DNA of 64,000 nucleotides, taken from sequence record PZ179882.1, one strand, 5' to 3'. Each line of letters begins with the position of its first letter. Positions within the stretch are counted from its first letter, which is position 1. The stretch comes from a phage. The notes beneath the pieces are model-generated. The model was not told the DNA's origin. It ran no database searches and worked only from the letters and a program-made list of their open reading frames with translations. Position numbers and translations under genes: made by a program. Below are positions 1 to 13,451 of the stretch, one piece after another.

Positions 1-1836
<1,836 letters not shown>

Positions 1837-1864
1837 TATTAAAGCATATTAAAGAGGATTAAAA

Positions 1865-3844
1865 ATGACTTTATTATCTCCGGGCATTGAGCTCAAAGAA
1901 ACTACGGTTCAAAGCACCGTGGTTAATAACTCTACTGGTACAGCAGCTTTGGCCGGTAAATTCCAGTGGGGTCCTGCTTTTCAGATCAAACAGGTTACAA
2001 ATGAAGTAGATTTAGTTAATACTTTTGGTCAACCTACAGCTGAAACTGCAGATTATTTTATGTCTGCAATGAATTTCTTACAATATGGAAATGATTTGCG
2101 AGTTGTGCGCGCTGTCGATAGAGATACCGCTAAAAACTCATCTCCGATTGCTGGTAATATTGAATACACTATTTCTACCCCAGGTAGTAACTACGCGGTT
2201 GGAGATAAAATCACAGTTAAGTATGTTTCAGAAGATGTTGAAACAGAGGGTAAAATTACCGAAGTAGATGCTGATGGAAAAATTAAGAAAATTAATATTC
2301 CTACCGCAAAAATTATCGCTAAAGCGAAAGAAGTCGGTGAATATCCAGAACTAGGTTCTAACTGGACCGCGGAAATTTCTTCGTCTTCATCTGGCTTAGC
2401 TGCAGTAATAACTCTCGGAAAAATTATTACTGATTCCGGTATTTTATTAGCTGAAATTGAAAATGCTGAAGCTGCTATGACAGCGGTTGACTTTCAAGCA
2501 AATCTCGAAAAATATGGAATTCCAGGAGTAGTAGCTCTTTATCCAGGCGAGTTGGGCGATAAAATCGAAATCGAAATCGTATCTAAAGCTGACTACGCAA
2601 AAGGTGCTTCTGCATTACTACCAATTTATCCAGGTGGCGGAACACGCGCATCTACTGCCAAAGCAGTGTTTGGATATGGACCACAAACTGATTCACAATA
2701 CGCTATTATAGTTCGTCGCAATGATGCTATTGTTCAAAGCGTTGTTCTTTCAACGAAGCGTGGTGAAAAAGATATTTACGATAGTAACATTTATATTGAT
2801 GACTTTTTCGCAAAAGGTGGTTCAGAATATATTTTCGCAACTGCACAAAACTGGCCAGAAGGCTTCTCTGGAATTTTAACTCTGTCTGGTGGATTATCGT
2901 CAAATGCTGAAGTAACAGCAGGAGATTTGATGGAAGCTTGGGACTTCTTTGCTGACCGTGAATCTGTTGACGTTCAGTTGTTTATTGCTGGTTCTTGTGC
3001 CGGTGAATCTTTAGAAACAGCATCTACTGTCCAAAAACACGTCGTTTCAATTGGGGATGCTCGCCAAGATTGCTTAGTATTGTGCTCACCGCCGCGCGAA
3101 ACTGTAGTTGGAATTCCTGTAACTCGTGCTGTTGATAACTTAGTCAATTGGAGAACTGCAACAGGTTCATACACTGATAATAACTTTAATATCAGTTCAA
3201 CCTACGCAGCAATTGATGGTAACTATAAGTATCAGTATGACAAATATAATGATGTGAATCGTTGGGTTCCATTAGCAGCTGATATTGCGGGTTTATGCGC
3301 AAGAACTGATAACGTATCTCAGACTTGGATGTCTCCAGCTGGTTATAATCGTGGCCAAATTTTGAACGTTATTAAACTTGCTATTGAAACTCGCCAGGCT
3401 CAGCGCGACCGTTTATACCAAGAAGCTATCAACCCGGTAACCGGTACAGGTGGTGATGGTTACGTATTGTATGGTGATAAAACAGCTACTTCTGTTCCTT
3501 CTCCATTTGATCGTATTAACGTTCGTCGTCTGTTTAATATGTTGAAAACGAATATCGGACGTAGTTCAAAATATCGTTTGTTCGAATTAAACAACGCGTT
3601 TACTCGTTCATCATTCCGCACAGAAACTGCCCAATACTTGCAGGGAATTAAAGCTCTCGGTGGAATTTATGAATATCGTGTAGTTTGCGATACAACAAAT
3701 AATACTCCGTCAGTAATTGATAGAAATGAGTTTGTTGCAACATTCTACATCCAACCGGCTCGTAGTATAAATTATATCCAACTTAATTTCGTCGCAACTG
3801 CTACTGGTGCAGATTTCGATGAGTTAACTGGTCTTGCAGGTTAA
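1865..3844 (+). CDS. 18: Tail sheath protein
   Basis: 659-aa ORF; N-terminus MTLLSPGIELKETTVQ matches T4 gp18 as recalled; same length as T4 gp18. Confidence 0.95.
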   Translation: MTLLSPGIELKETTVQSTVVNNSTGTAALAGKFQWGPAFQIKQVTNEVDLVNTFGQPTAETADYFMSAMNFLQYGNDLRVVRAVDRDTAKNSSPIAGNIEYTISTPGSNYAVGDKITVKYVSEDVETEGKITEVDADGKIKKINIPTAKIIAKAKEVGEYPELGSNWTAEISSSSSGLAAVITLGKIITDSGILLAEIENAEAAMTAVDFQANLEKYGIPGVVALYPGELGDKIEIEIVSKADYAKGASALLPIYPGGGTRASTAKAVFGYGPQTDSQYAIIVRRNDAIVQSVVLSTKRGEKDIYDSNIYIDDFFAKGGSEYIFATAQNWPEGFSGILTLSGGLSSNAEVTAGDLMEAWDFFADRESVDVQLFIAGSCAGESLETASTVQKHVVSIGDARQDCLVLCSPPRETVVGIPVTRAVDNLVNWRTATGSYTDNNFNISSTYAAIDGNYKYQYDKYNDVNRWVPLAADIAGLCARTDNVSQTWMSPAGYNRGQILNVIKLAIETRQAQRDRLYQEAINPVTGTGGDGYVLYGDKTATSVPSPFDRINVRRLFNMLKTNIGRSSKYRLFELNNAFTRSSFRTETAQYLQGIKALGGIYEYRVVCDTTNNTPSVIDRNEFVATFYIQPARSINYIQLNFVATATGADFDELTGLAG

Positions 3845-3931
3845 TTGATTGTGGGGCTTCGGCCCCTATTCTCGAGGAAACAAGTGATTATTTCTAAGTT
3901 TGTTACAATAAAACCAAGAAATCATTCAAAA

Positions 3932-4489
3932 ATGTGGTCGACAATTCTGGGATATAAAGTATCATATCATGATACAATATCTGTTCCAATAGAATTAATG
4001 CCAAAGAATAGTAATAAAATAGTTGACGCTAAATGTGATTTGTGTGGTATTAAATTTAGTAGAAGCATTCAGCTTTTAAATAGAACACCCACACATGCAT
4101 GTAGAAAATGTAGCATTAAACAAGTTGCTATTAAAAATTCGGAAGTTCAATCTGGAATAAGCAGACCATGGCAAAGAGGCGATAAACATCCTCGATGGAC
4201 TGGTAAAAGAAAAGAGTTTGCATTATATGCTAGTAGAGTTCATTCTATAACTAAGTCAGCTAAAATAAGAAAAATTTGGTCAAAATGGCCGAATGCTGAT
4301 AAAATAGGAGTGTGCGGTGTAGAAGGTGCTTATCAACTCGATCATAAAGTATCTATCAAATATGGATTTGATAATTTAATTCCGCCGGAAATTATAGCAA
4401 GCGTAAAAAATTTAGAAATAATCACTTGGGAATCTAACCGAGAAAAGTCAAAAAGAAATAGCGTAGATCTTTGGGATTTACTAGAATGA
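3932..4489 (+). CDS. Putative HNH-family endonuclease (freestanding, inserted between genes 18 and 19)
   Basis: ORF track gives 3845..4489 with a TTG start directly after the gene 18 stop; first ATG at 3932. CxxC...CxxC pair followed by C-terminal LDHKVSIKYGFDN...NLEIITWESN (H-N-N type motif). Start codon uncertain. Confidence 0.5.
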   Translation: MWSTILGYKVSYHDTISVPIELMPKNSNKIVDAKCDLCGIKFSRSIQLLNRTPTHACRKCSIKQVAIKNSEVQSGISRPWQRGDKHPRWTGKRKEFALYASRVHSITKSAKIRKIWSKWPNADKIGVCGVEGAYQLDHKVSIKYGFDNLIPPEIIASVKNLEIITWESNREKSKRNSVDLWDLLE

Positions 4490-4515
4490 TTCTAAAGGCC
4501 TGTTTCGGCAGGCCA

Positions 4516-4523
4516 TATAAATA
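4516..4523 (+). promoter_or_regulatory. Late promoter TATAAATA (distal copy upstream of gene 19)
   Basis: Exact TATAAATA immediately after hairpin GGCCTGTTTCGGCAGGCC. Confidence 0.45.
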
Positions 4524-4574
4524 CACTATATCCTTAATTCTTTAATTCTATATGCCCTAGGTTAAACATAGGGA

Positions 4575-4582
4575 TATAAATA
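4575..4582 (+). promoter_or_regulatory. Late promoter TATAAATA (proximal, upstream of gene 19)
   Basis: Exact TATAAATA 15 nt upstream of the gene 19 ATG; RBS GAGG follows. Confidence 0.6.
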
Positions 4583-4596
4583 CTACAGAGGCTAAT

Positions 4597-5088
4597 ATGT
4601 TTGTAGATGATGTAACACGAGCGTTTGAATCAGGTGATTTTGCGCGACCTAACTTATTCCAAGTAGAAATTTCTTATCTTGGACAAAATTTTACGTTTCA
4701 ATGTAAAGCCACTGCTTTACCAGCTGGTATTGTAGAAAAAATTCCAGTCGGATTTATGAACCGTAAAATTAACGTAGCAGGCGATCGTACATTCGATGAC
4801 TGGACTGTTACAGTAATGAACGATGAAGCTCATGATGCTCGCCAGAAGTTCGTTGATTGGCAAAGCATTGCTGCGGGGCAAGGAAACGAAATTACTGGTG
4901 GAAAACCTGCAGAGTATAAAAAGAGCGCTATCGTTCGTCAATATGCTCGTGACGCTAAGACAGTAACAAAAGAAATTGAAATTAAAGGTCTGTGGCCTAC
5001 TAACGTGGGTGAACTTCAATTGGATTGGGATTCAAACAATGAAATCCAAACATTTGAAGTAACTCTTGCTCTCGATTATTGGGAATAA
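4597..5088 (+). CDS. 19: Tail tube protein
   Basis: 163-aa ORF; sequence matches T4 gp19 as recalled. Confidence 0.95.
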   Translation: MFVDDVTRAFESGDFARPNLFQVEISYLGQNFTFQCKATALPAGIVEKIPVGFMNRKINVAGDRTFDDWTVTVMNDEAHDARQKFVDWQSIAAGQGNEITGGKPAEYKKSAIVRQYARDAKTVTKEIEIKGLWPTNVGELQLDWDSNNEIQTFEVTLALDYWE

Positions 5089-5093
5089 AATGA

Positions 5094-6745
<1,652 letters not shown>

Positions 6746-6746
<1 letters not shown>

Positions 6747-6985
6747 TGGAAGGTTTAATTGAAGCTATTAAATCAAACGACCTCGTAGCCGCTCGTAAAT
6801 TATTTGCTGAAGCCATGGCTGCAAGAACGACTGATTTAATTAAAGAAGAAAAAATCGCTATCGCTCGTAATTTCTTAATCGAAGGTGAAGAACCTGATGA
6901 CGAGGATGATGACGAAGACGAAGAGAGTGATGATAAAGACGACAAAAAAGACAAAGACTCTGACGAAGACGAGGATGATGAATAA
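6746..6985 (+). CDS. 67: Prohead core protein with acidic C-terminal tail
   Basis: 79-aa ORF; TAATG overlap with gene 20 stop; D/E-rich C-terminus; position and sequence match T4 gp67. Confidence 0.85.
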
Positions 6986-7410
6986 TGCTTCTGATCCCTG
7001 AAACTCATGAATTAGTTCTCGAGAATGTCGAAGCACTTATTCCTGAAGCACAGGGTCGCTTTGACGAATTGTCTTCTGCTTTAAATAAAGACGATATAAA
7101 TACAATTGTCGAGAATATGCTTGATGATGAAACTGATTTAGCGGTTGCATTAGCTTCTATTAATGAAAATATGCCGTTAAATGAATTTATCGTTAAACAT
7201 GTTTCTGCCCGTGGTGAAATTACTCGCACTAAAGATCGCAAAACCCGCGAACGTAATGCATTTCAAACTACCGGGTTGTCTAAAGCAAAACGTAGACAAA
7301 TTGCTCGTAAAGCTACCAAAACGAAGATTGCCAATCCAGCAGGTCAATCTCGTGCTCAGCGTAAGCGTAAAAAAGCTCTTAAACGCCGTAAAGCATTAGG
7401 ATTAAGCTAA
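6985..7410 (+). CDS. 68: Prohead core protein
   Basis: 141-aa ORF between 67 and 21; basic C-terminus; T4 gp68 position. Confidence 0.8.
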
Positions 7411-8048
7411 TGAATGAACCCCAATTACTAATTGAAACTTGGGGTCAACCTGGCGAAATTATTGATGGTGTGCCAATGCTTGAATCCCACGATGGAAAAG
7501 ACTTAGGTTTAAAACCTGGTTTATACATCGAAGGAATATTCATGCAAGCAGAAGTCGTCAATAGAAATAAACGTCTTTATCCAAAACGCATATTAGAAAA
7601 AGCGGTAAAAGACTATATTAATGAGCAAGTTTTAACTAAACAAGCTCTCGGAGAATTAAATCATCCTCCACGCGCTAATGTTGACCCGATGCAAGCCGCT
7701 ATCATTATAGAAGATATGTGGTGGAAAGGAAATGACGTATACGGACGAGCTCGTGTTATTGAAGGTGACCATGGTCCTGGAGATAAATTAGCAGCTAATA
7801 TTCGTGCCGGATGGATTCCAGGAGTTTCTTCTCGTGGATTAGGTTCATTGACTGACACAAATAAAGGTTATCGTATCGTAAACGAAGGATTCAAATTAAC
7901 TGTAGGTGTTGATGCAGTATGGGGTCCAAGTGCTCCAGATGCATGGGTAACTCCTAAGGAAATTACCGAATCACAGACGGCGGAAGCCGATACAAGTGCC
8001 GATGACGCCTATATGGCTCTCGCAGAGGCCATGAAAAAAGCGTTATAA
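7410..8048 (+). CDS. 21: Prohead core protease
   Basis: 212-aa ORF; sequence matches T4 gp21 as recalled. Confidence 0.95.
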   Translation: MNEPQLLIETWGQPGEIIDGVPMLESHDGKDLGLKPGLYIEGIFMQAEVVNRNKRLYPKRILEKAVKDYINEQVLTKQALGELNHPPRANVDPMQAAIIIEDMWWKGNDVYGRARVIEGDHGPGDKLAANIRAGWIPGVSSRGLGSLTDTNKGYRIVNEGFKLTVGVDAVWGPSAPDAWVTPKEITESQTAEADTSADDAYMALAEAMKKAL

Positions 8049-8051
8049 ATA
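8044..8051 (+). promoter_or_regulatory. Late promoter TATAAATA upstream of gene 22
   Basis: Exact TATAAATA 28 nt upstream of ATG 8079. Confidence 0.55.
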
Positions 8052-8078
8052 TTATTATCTAAACAACAGGACTACAAA

Positions 8079-8888
8079 ATGCTTAAAGAACAACTGATTG
8101 CCGAAGCGCAGAAAATTGATGCTTCCGTTGCTCTTGATAGTATTTTCGAATCAGTTAATATTTCTCCGGAAGCAAAAGAAACTTTCGGCACTGTATTCGA
8201 AGCTACCGTCAAGCAGCACGCCGTTAAATTAGCTGAATCTCATATCGCTAAAATTGCTGAAAAAGCAGAAGAAGAAGTAGAAAAAAATAAAGAAGAAGCA
8301 GAAGAAAAAGCTGAGAAGAAAATCGCTGAGCAAGCTTCTAAATTCCTTGACCATCTTGCAAAAGAATGGCTCACTGAAAATAAATTAGCAGTAGATAAAG
8401 GTATCAAAGCCGAACTGTTTGAATCCATGCTTGGTGGATTGAAAGAGCTCTTCGTTGAACACAACGTTGTTGTTCCAGAAGAATCAGTTGATGTTGTAGC
8501 TGAAATGGAAGAAGAACTGCAAGAACATAAAGAAGAATCAGCTCGTCTGTTCGAAGAACTCAATAAGCGTGACGCATATATCAATTATGTGCAGCGTGAA
8601 GTGGCATTGAGCGAAAGTACTAAAGATCTGACTGAGTCTCAAAAAGAAAAAGTCTCTGCTCTGGTCGAAGGTATGGATTATTCAGATGCATTCTCAAGTA
8701 AATTGAGTGCAATCGTAGAAATGGTGAAGAAATCTAATAAAGATGAAAGCACTATTACTGAGAGTATAAATACTCCTGATACTGAAGCAGCCGGACTGAA
8801 TTTCGTCACTGAAGCTGTAGAAGATAAATCTGCACAAGGTGCAGAAGATATTGTAAGTGTATATGCGAAAGTCGCATCTCGTTTCTAA
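8079..8888 (+). CDS. 22: Prohead core scaffolding protein
   Basis: 269-aa ORF, E/K-rich coiled-coil composition; T4 gp22 position and length. Confidence 0.9.
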   Translation: MLKEQLIAEAQKIDASVALDSIFESVNISPEAKETFGTVFEATVKQHAVKLAESHIAKIAEKAEEEVEKNKEEAEEKAEKKIAEQASKFLDHLAKEWLTENKLAVDKGIKAELFESMLGGLKELFVEHNVVVPEESVDVVAEMEEELQEHKEESARLFEELNKRDAYINYVQREVALSESTKDLTESQKEKVSALVEGMDYSDAFSSKLSAIVEMVKKSNKDESTITESINTPDTEAAGLNFVTEAVEDKSAQGAEDIVSVYAKVASRF

Positions 8889-8906
8889 TTTTAAAGGTTA
8901 ACACAA

Positions 8907-10472
8907 ATGACTATCAAAACTAAAGCTGAACTTTTGAACAAATGGAAGCCATTACTGGAAGGTGAAGGTTTACCGGAAATTGCTAATAGCAAACAAGCGA
9001 TTATCGCTAAAATCTTTGAAAACCAGGAAAAAGATTTCCAGACAGCTCCGGAATATAAAGACGAAAAAATTGCTCAGGCATTCGGTTCTTTCTTAACAGA
9101 AGCTGAAATCGGTGGTGACCACGGTTACAATGCTACTAACATCGCTGCAGGTCAGACTTCTGGCGCAGTAACTCAGATTGGCCCAGCTGTTATGGGTATG
9201 GTACGTCGTGCTATTCCTAACCTGATTGCTTTCGATATTTGCGGTGTTCAGCCGATGAACAGCCCGACTGGTCAGGTATTCGCACTGCGCGCAGTATATG
9301 GTAAAGACCCAATCGCTGCCGGCGCTAAAGAAGCATTCCACCCAATGTATGGTCCAGATGCAATGTTCTCTGGTCAGGGTGCTGCTAAGAAATTCCCAGC
9401 TCTGGCTGCTAGCACACAAACCACAGTAGGTGATATCTATACTCACTTCTTCCAGGACACTGGTACTGTGTATCTGCAGGCTTCTGCTGTAGTAACAATC
9501 GATGCTGGTGCATCTGACGCAGCTAAATTAGATGCAGAAATTAAGAAACAAATGGAAGCTGGTGTACTGGTAGAAATCGCTGAAGGTATGGCTACTTCTA
9601 TCGCTGAACTCCAGGAAGGTTTCAACGGTTCTACCGATAACCCATGGAATGAAATGGGCTTCCGTATCGATAAACAAGTTATCGAAGCTAAATCTCGTCA
9701 GCTGAAAGCTGCTTACTCTATCGAATTAGCACAAGACCTCCGCGCTGTTCACGGTATGGATGCTGATGCTGAACTGTCTGGTATTCTGGCTACCGAAATC
9801 ATGCTGGAAATCAACCGTGAAGTTGTTGATTGGATTAACTACTCAGCTCAGGTTGGTAAATCTGGTATGACCCTGACTCCAGGTTCTAAAGCTGGTGTAT
9901 TTGACTTCCAGGATCCGATTGATATTCGTGGTGCTCGCTGGGCGGGTGAATCCTTTAAAGCTCTGTTGTTCCAGATTGACAAAGAAGCAGTTGAAATTGC
10001 TCGTCAGACCGGTCGTGGTGAAGGTAACTTCATTATCGCTTCCCGTAACGTAGTTAACGTTCTGGCTTCAGTTGATACTGGCATTTCTTATGCTGCACAG
10101 GGTCTGGCTACCGGCTTTAACACTGATACTACCAAGTCAGTATTTGCTGGTGTTCTGGGTGGTAAATACCGTGTATATATCGACCAGTATGCTAAACAGG
10201 ATTATTTCACTGTAGGTTATAAAGGCCCGAACGAAATGGATGCTGGTATTTACTACGCTCCATATGTAGCTCTGACTCCGCTGCGTGGTTCCGATCCGAA
10301 GAACTTCCAACCAGTAATGGGATTCAAAACTCGTTACGGTATCGGTATCAACCCATTTGCAGAATCCGCTGCTCAGGCTCCGGCTTCTCGCATCCAGAGC
10401 GGTATGCCTTCTATTCTGAATAGCCTTGGTAAAAACGCTTACTTCCGCCGTGTATATGTTAAAGGTATCTAA
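8907..10472 (+). CDS. 23: Major capsid protein
   Basis: 521-aa ORF; sequence matches T4 gp23 as recalled. Confidence 0.97.
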   Translation: MTIKTKAELLNKWKPLLEGEGLPEIANSKQAIIAKIFENQEKDFQTAPEYKDEKIAQAFGSFLTEAEIGGDHGYNATNIAAGQTSGAVTQIGPAVMGMVRRAIPNLIAFDICGVQPMNSPTGQVFALRAVYGKDPIAAGAKEAFHPMYGPDAMFSGQGAAKKFPALAASTQTTVGDIYTHFFQDTGTVYLQASAVVTIDAGASDAAKLDAEIKKQMEAGVLVEIAEGMATSIAELQEGFNGSTDNPWNEMGFRIDKQVIEAKSRQLKAAYSIELAQDLRAVHGMDADAELSGILATEIMLEINREVVDWINYSAQVGKSGMTLTPGSKAGVFDFQDPIDIRGARWAGESFKALLFQIDKEAVEIARQTGRGEGNFIIASRNVVNVLASVDTGISYAAQGLATGFNTDTTKSVFAGVLGGKYRVYIDQYAKQDYFTVGYKGPNEMDAGIYYAPYVALTPLRGSDPKNFQPVMGFKTRYGIGINPFAESAAQAPASRIQSGMPSILNSLGKNAYFRRVYVKGI

Positions 10473-10485
10473 TCTTTGACGATTT

Positions 10486-10516
10486 AAGGGACCTTCGGGT
10501 CCCTTTAGTTGTTTTT
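10486..10516 (+). terminator. Rho-independent terminator hairpin after gene 23
   Basis: AAGGGACC-TTCG-GGTCCCTT stem-loop followed by T-rich run. Confidence 0.6.
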
Positions 10517-10520
10517 ATGG

Positions 10521-10528
10521 TATAAATA
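10521..10528 (+). promoter_or_regulatory. Late promoter TATAAATA upstream of gene 24
   Basis: Exact TATAAATA about 28 nt upstream of ATG 10556. Confidence 0.6.
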
Positions 10529-10555
10529 AATCATATAAACCAAAAGGAAAGCGCA

Positions 10556-11839
10556 ATGGCTAAAATCAACGAACTTCTGCGCGAATCAACCACAACGAAT
10601 AGCAACTCAATCGGTCGCCCAAATCTCGTTGCTTTGACTCGCGCTACCACTAAATTAATATATTCTGACATTGTAGCAACGCAAAGAACTAATCAACCTG
10701 TTGCTGCTTTTTACGGTATCAAATACCTTAACCCAGATAACGAATTTACATTTAAAACTGGTGCTACTTACGCTGGCGAAGCTGGGTATGTAGACCGAGA
10801 ACAAATCACAGAATTAACAGAAGAGTCTAAATTAACTCTCAATAAAGGCGATTTATTCAAATATAATAATATCGTTTATAAAGTATTAGAAGATACACCA
10901 TTTGCTACCATTGAAGAAAGCGATTTAGAATTAGCTCTTCAGATTGCAATTGTTCTTTTAAAGGTTCGTCTATTTTCTGACGCAGCGTCAACGAGCAAAT
11001 TTGAAAGCTCTGATAGTGAAATTGCGGATGCTAGATTCCAAATTAATAAATGGCAAACCGCAGTTAAATCTCGTAAACTTAAAACTGGCATCACAGTTGA
11101 ATTAGCACAAGATTTAGAAGCAAATGGATTCGATGCTCCTAATTTCTTGGAAGATTTGCTTGCAACTGAAATGGCGGATGAAATCAATAAAGATATTCTA
11201 CAGTCTTTGATTACAGTATCAAAACGCTATAAAGTTACAGGAATTACTGATACCGGTTTCATTGATTTGAGTTATGCATCTGCACCTGAAGCTGGTCGTT
11301 CATTATACCGAATGGTATGTGAAATGGTTTCACATATCCAAAAAGAATCAACTTATACAGCAACGTTCTGTGTTGCTTCAGCTCGTGCCGCTGCGATTCT
11401 TGCTGCATCAGGTTGGTTAAAACATAAACCAGAAGATGATAAATATCTTTCACAAAATGCCTACGGGTTCTTAGCTAATGGTTTACCGCTTTATTGCGAT
11501 ACTAACAGCCCATTAGATTATGTAATCGTAGGTGTGGTAGAAAATATTGGCGAAAAAGAAATTGTTGGATCAATTTTCTATGCTCCATATACAGAAGGTC
11601 TTGACTTAGATGACCCTGAACATGTAGGTGCATTTAAAGTTGTAGTTGATCCAGAAAGTTTGCAGCCATCTATCGGTTTATTGGTTAGATATGCTTTATC
11701 TGCAAATCCTTACACTGTAGCAAAAGATGAAAAAGAAGCAAGAATAATTGATGGTGGAGACATGGATAAAATGGCGGGTCGTTCAGATTTGTCTGTTTTA
11801 TTGGGTGTTAAGCTACCAAAAATTATCGTTGATGAATAA
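10556..11839 (+). CDS. 24: Head vertex protein
   Basis: 427-aa ORF; T4 gp24 length and position. Confidence 0.93.
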   Translation: MAKINELLRESTTTNSNSIGRPNLVALTRATTKLIYSDIVATQRTNQPVAAFYGIKYLNPDNEFTFKTGATYAGEAGYVDREQITELTEESKLTLNKGDLFKYNNIVYKVLEDTPFATIEESDLELALQIAIVLLKVRLFSDAASTSKFESSDSEIADARFQINKWQTAVKSRKLKTGITVELAQDLEANGFDAPNFLEDLLATEMADEINKDILQSLITVSKRYKVTGITDTGFIDLSYASAPEAGRSLYRMVCEMVSHIQKESTYTATFCVASARAAAILAASGWLKHKPEDDKYLSQNAYGFLANGLPLYCDTNSPLDYVIVGVVENIGEKEIVGSIFYAPYTEGLDLDDPEHVGAFKVVVDPESLQPSIGLLVRYALSANPYTVAKDEKEARIIDGGDMDKMAGRSDLSVLLGVKLPKIIVDE

Positions 11840-11842
11840 AAC

Positions 11843-11868
11843 AAAGGGACCAAAAGGTCCCTTTTTAT
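11843..11868. terminator. Bidirectional terminator hairpin between convergent genes 24 and rnlB
   Basis: AAAGGGACC-AAAA-GGTCCCTTTTT, A/T-flanked on both strands. Confidence 0.6.
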
Positions 11869-12873
11869 TTAACTTACCAATTCAATCCAAGCCGGACGAA
11901 GTACATCTTGTACCATTTTAACTAATTCCTTTTTAACCAAAGAAGGATTATCCGCTTGAGTTAGAGTAATACCTTCACGAGAAGTTTCTTCCAAAATATC
12001 TTGAACAGTTAGTCCCATCACCTTTCCAAAATCCTTCGGACCAATTTCGCCAATTTTAGAAATAACGTTATTTACCCGGTTCAGTGTAACGTAACAAGCT
12101 AAAATTCCCACCAATTTGTTATCAGCTTCTGACAGTTCAACTTTAGCTTTAATAGGCTTATCAGACTTTTTCTTTTCGCTAAATTTAGAGTTCTTGCATT
12201 TAATAGCTACACGATTGCCATTAGGCATCCAAGAAGGATAACAAGGTTTCAATACATAACCTTCAGCGGTAAATACTTCGCCTTTTGCTTCGGCATTCCA
12301 AACACATTTATTTGCATCAACTAATCCAGCATGGTCTACTGTAAAATTATAATCTTGAACGACAGAATCTAAATCATTTGGCAATTTAATAAGCTCTTCA
12401 AATTTACCACGACCTAAAAGTGGAGCCATTTTAAATTTAAATGTATTACAGAATGATTCCATCATATAATCATCGACATAAGTCACATCACCGCTTTCGG
12501 TAGTAACAATAATGTCAAATACATAAAAATCTTTATCACCATAATCGACATTCTTCTGAATGCCAGGTCCAGCGAATTCGCCGAAGACTTGATAAGATAC
12601 AACTGCCGAAGTTTCCATAATATCTTGTACTGCTTTAATGGAATCAGCATAATTCTTTAAAATAATTTCATACCCAAAGAAATCTTCAGCAGGAAGAATA
12701 GGACCAGTACGTTTAGCACAAGTTGCTTTATCGCGTTCAATAATCAGTGAGAAATTTGTGCCATGAATCTTTTCACGAGCTACCCATTCGCCGCCAGTCA
12801 ATCCTAAACTGTAAAGTTTTTCAATGAATTTAGAATTGTAATGATTTTCAAGACTGCTATACTTTTTAAACAT
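11869..12873 (-). CDS. rnlB: RNA ligase 2
   Basis: 334-aa ORF; ligase motif I KIHGTN; matches T4 Rnl2 as recalled. Confidence 0.9.
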   Translation of the reverse strand: MFKKYSSLENHYNSKFIEKLYSLGLTGGEWVAREKIHGTNFSLIIERDKATCAKRTGPILPAEDFFGYEIILKNYADSIKAVQDIMETSAVVSYQVFGEFAGPGIQKNVDYGDKDFYVFDIIVTTESGDVTYVDDYMMESFCNTFKFKMAPLLGRGKFEELIKLPNDLDSVVQDYNFTVDHAGLVDANKCVWNAEAKGEVFTAEGYVLKPCYPSWMPNGNRVAIKCKNSKFSEKKKSDKPIKAKVELSEADNKLVGILACYVTLNRVNNVISKIGEIGPKDFGKVMGLTVQDILEETSREGITLTQADNPSLVKKELVKMVQDVLRPAWIELVS

Positions 12874-12882
12874 AATTAATCC

Positions 12883-13161
12883 TCAAAATGTAATTTCTAA
12901 CCAATCACCATCACGCTGATCACTATTGACTTTAAAGCTAAATCCTTCTTTTCTCAGCCAATCACCAATTTCTTCAGTAATCAATTTATCACGAGCAGTA
13001 CAATAATAACTAAAATATGTTTTACCTTGTTCAGCTGCTTTATTAGCAAGTTCCGAAAAATCTTTAATAAAACACTCTAGTTTAAACTGTTTACTTTTAA
13101 GTGCTTTTTCGCGTAATTGATTAGCAAAAGATTCATTTTCATAAAGATCATACTGTTCCAT
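12883..13161 (-). CDS. Hypothetical protein (T4 24.2 position)
   Basis: 92-aa ORF, tightly packed downstream of the 24.3-like ORF. Confidence 0.55.
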   Translation of the reverse strand: MEQYDLYENESFANQLREKALKSKQFKLECFIKDFSELANKAAEQGKTYFSYYCTARDKLITEEIGDWLRKEGFSFKVNSDQRDGDWLEITF

Positions 13162-13363
13162 TTTTCACCTTCTTATTAATATGTCTTTTTCTATAGACGA
13201 CTTTTTCTCGAGTTTCAAATTTATTTTTAGCAGTCATAGCTCGAGCCCATAATACAGCCACTTCCTTTGCCTGTAAGTTCAATTCACGAGCAATTTCAAT
13301 GAATGACTTTCCAGACTCATGGAGTGTAAACACCACAACCTCAGTTCTCATAATCAATCTCAT
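13148..13363 (-). CDS. Hypothetical small protein, possible HTH (T4 24.3 position)
   Basis: 71-aa ORF; SFIEIARELNLQAKEV helix-turn-helix-like segment. Confidence 0.55.
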   Translation of the reverse strand: MRLIMRTEVVVFTLHESGKSFIEIARELNLQAKEVAVLWARAMTAKNKFETREKVVYRKRHINKKVKNGTV

Positions 13364-13431
13364 GTTATCGAGTTGATGCCATTATATACATCGTTTTCTG
13401 ATTGTGTTTTGTGTGCTTTCAAAATGAAGAA

Positions 13432-13447
13432 AGGGGCCGAAGCCCCT
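13432..13447 (-). terminator. Hairpin terminator downstream of hoc
   Basis: AGGGGCC-GAAG-CCCCT stem-loop; U-rich tail on the minus-strand transcript. Confidence 0.45.
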
Positions 13448-13451
13448 GAGA

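Noticed and set aside
3845-3931. TTG-initiated N-terminal extension of the 18/19 HNH ORF
   Set aside because: The first 20 codons span a GC-rich tetraloop hairpin that is more plausibly an RNA element; start moved to ATG 3932, but uncertain
8240-8584. 114-aa minus-strand ORF inside gene 22, and similar antisense ORFs inside gene 23 (9093-9625)
   Set aside because: Fully embedded antisense to well-supported structural genes; no RBS or promoter
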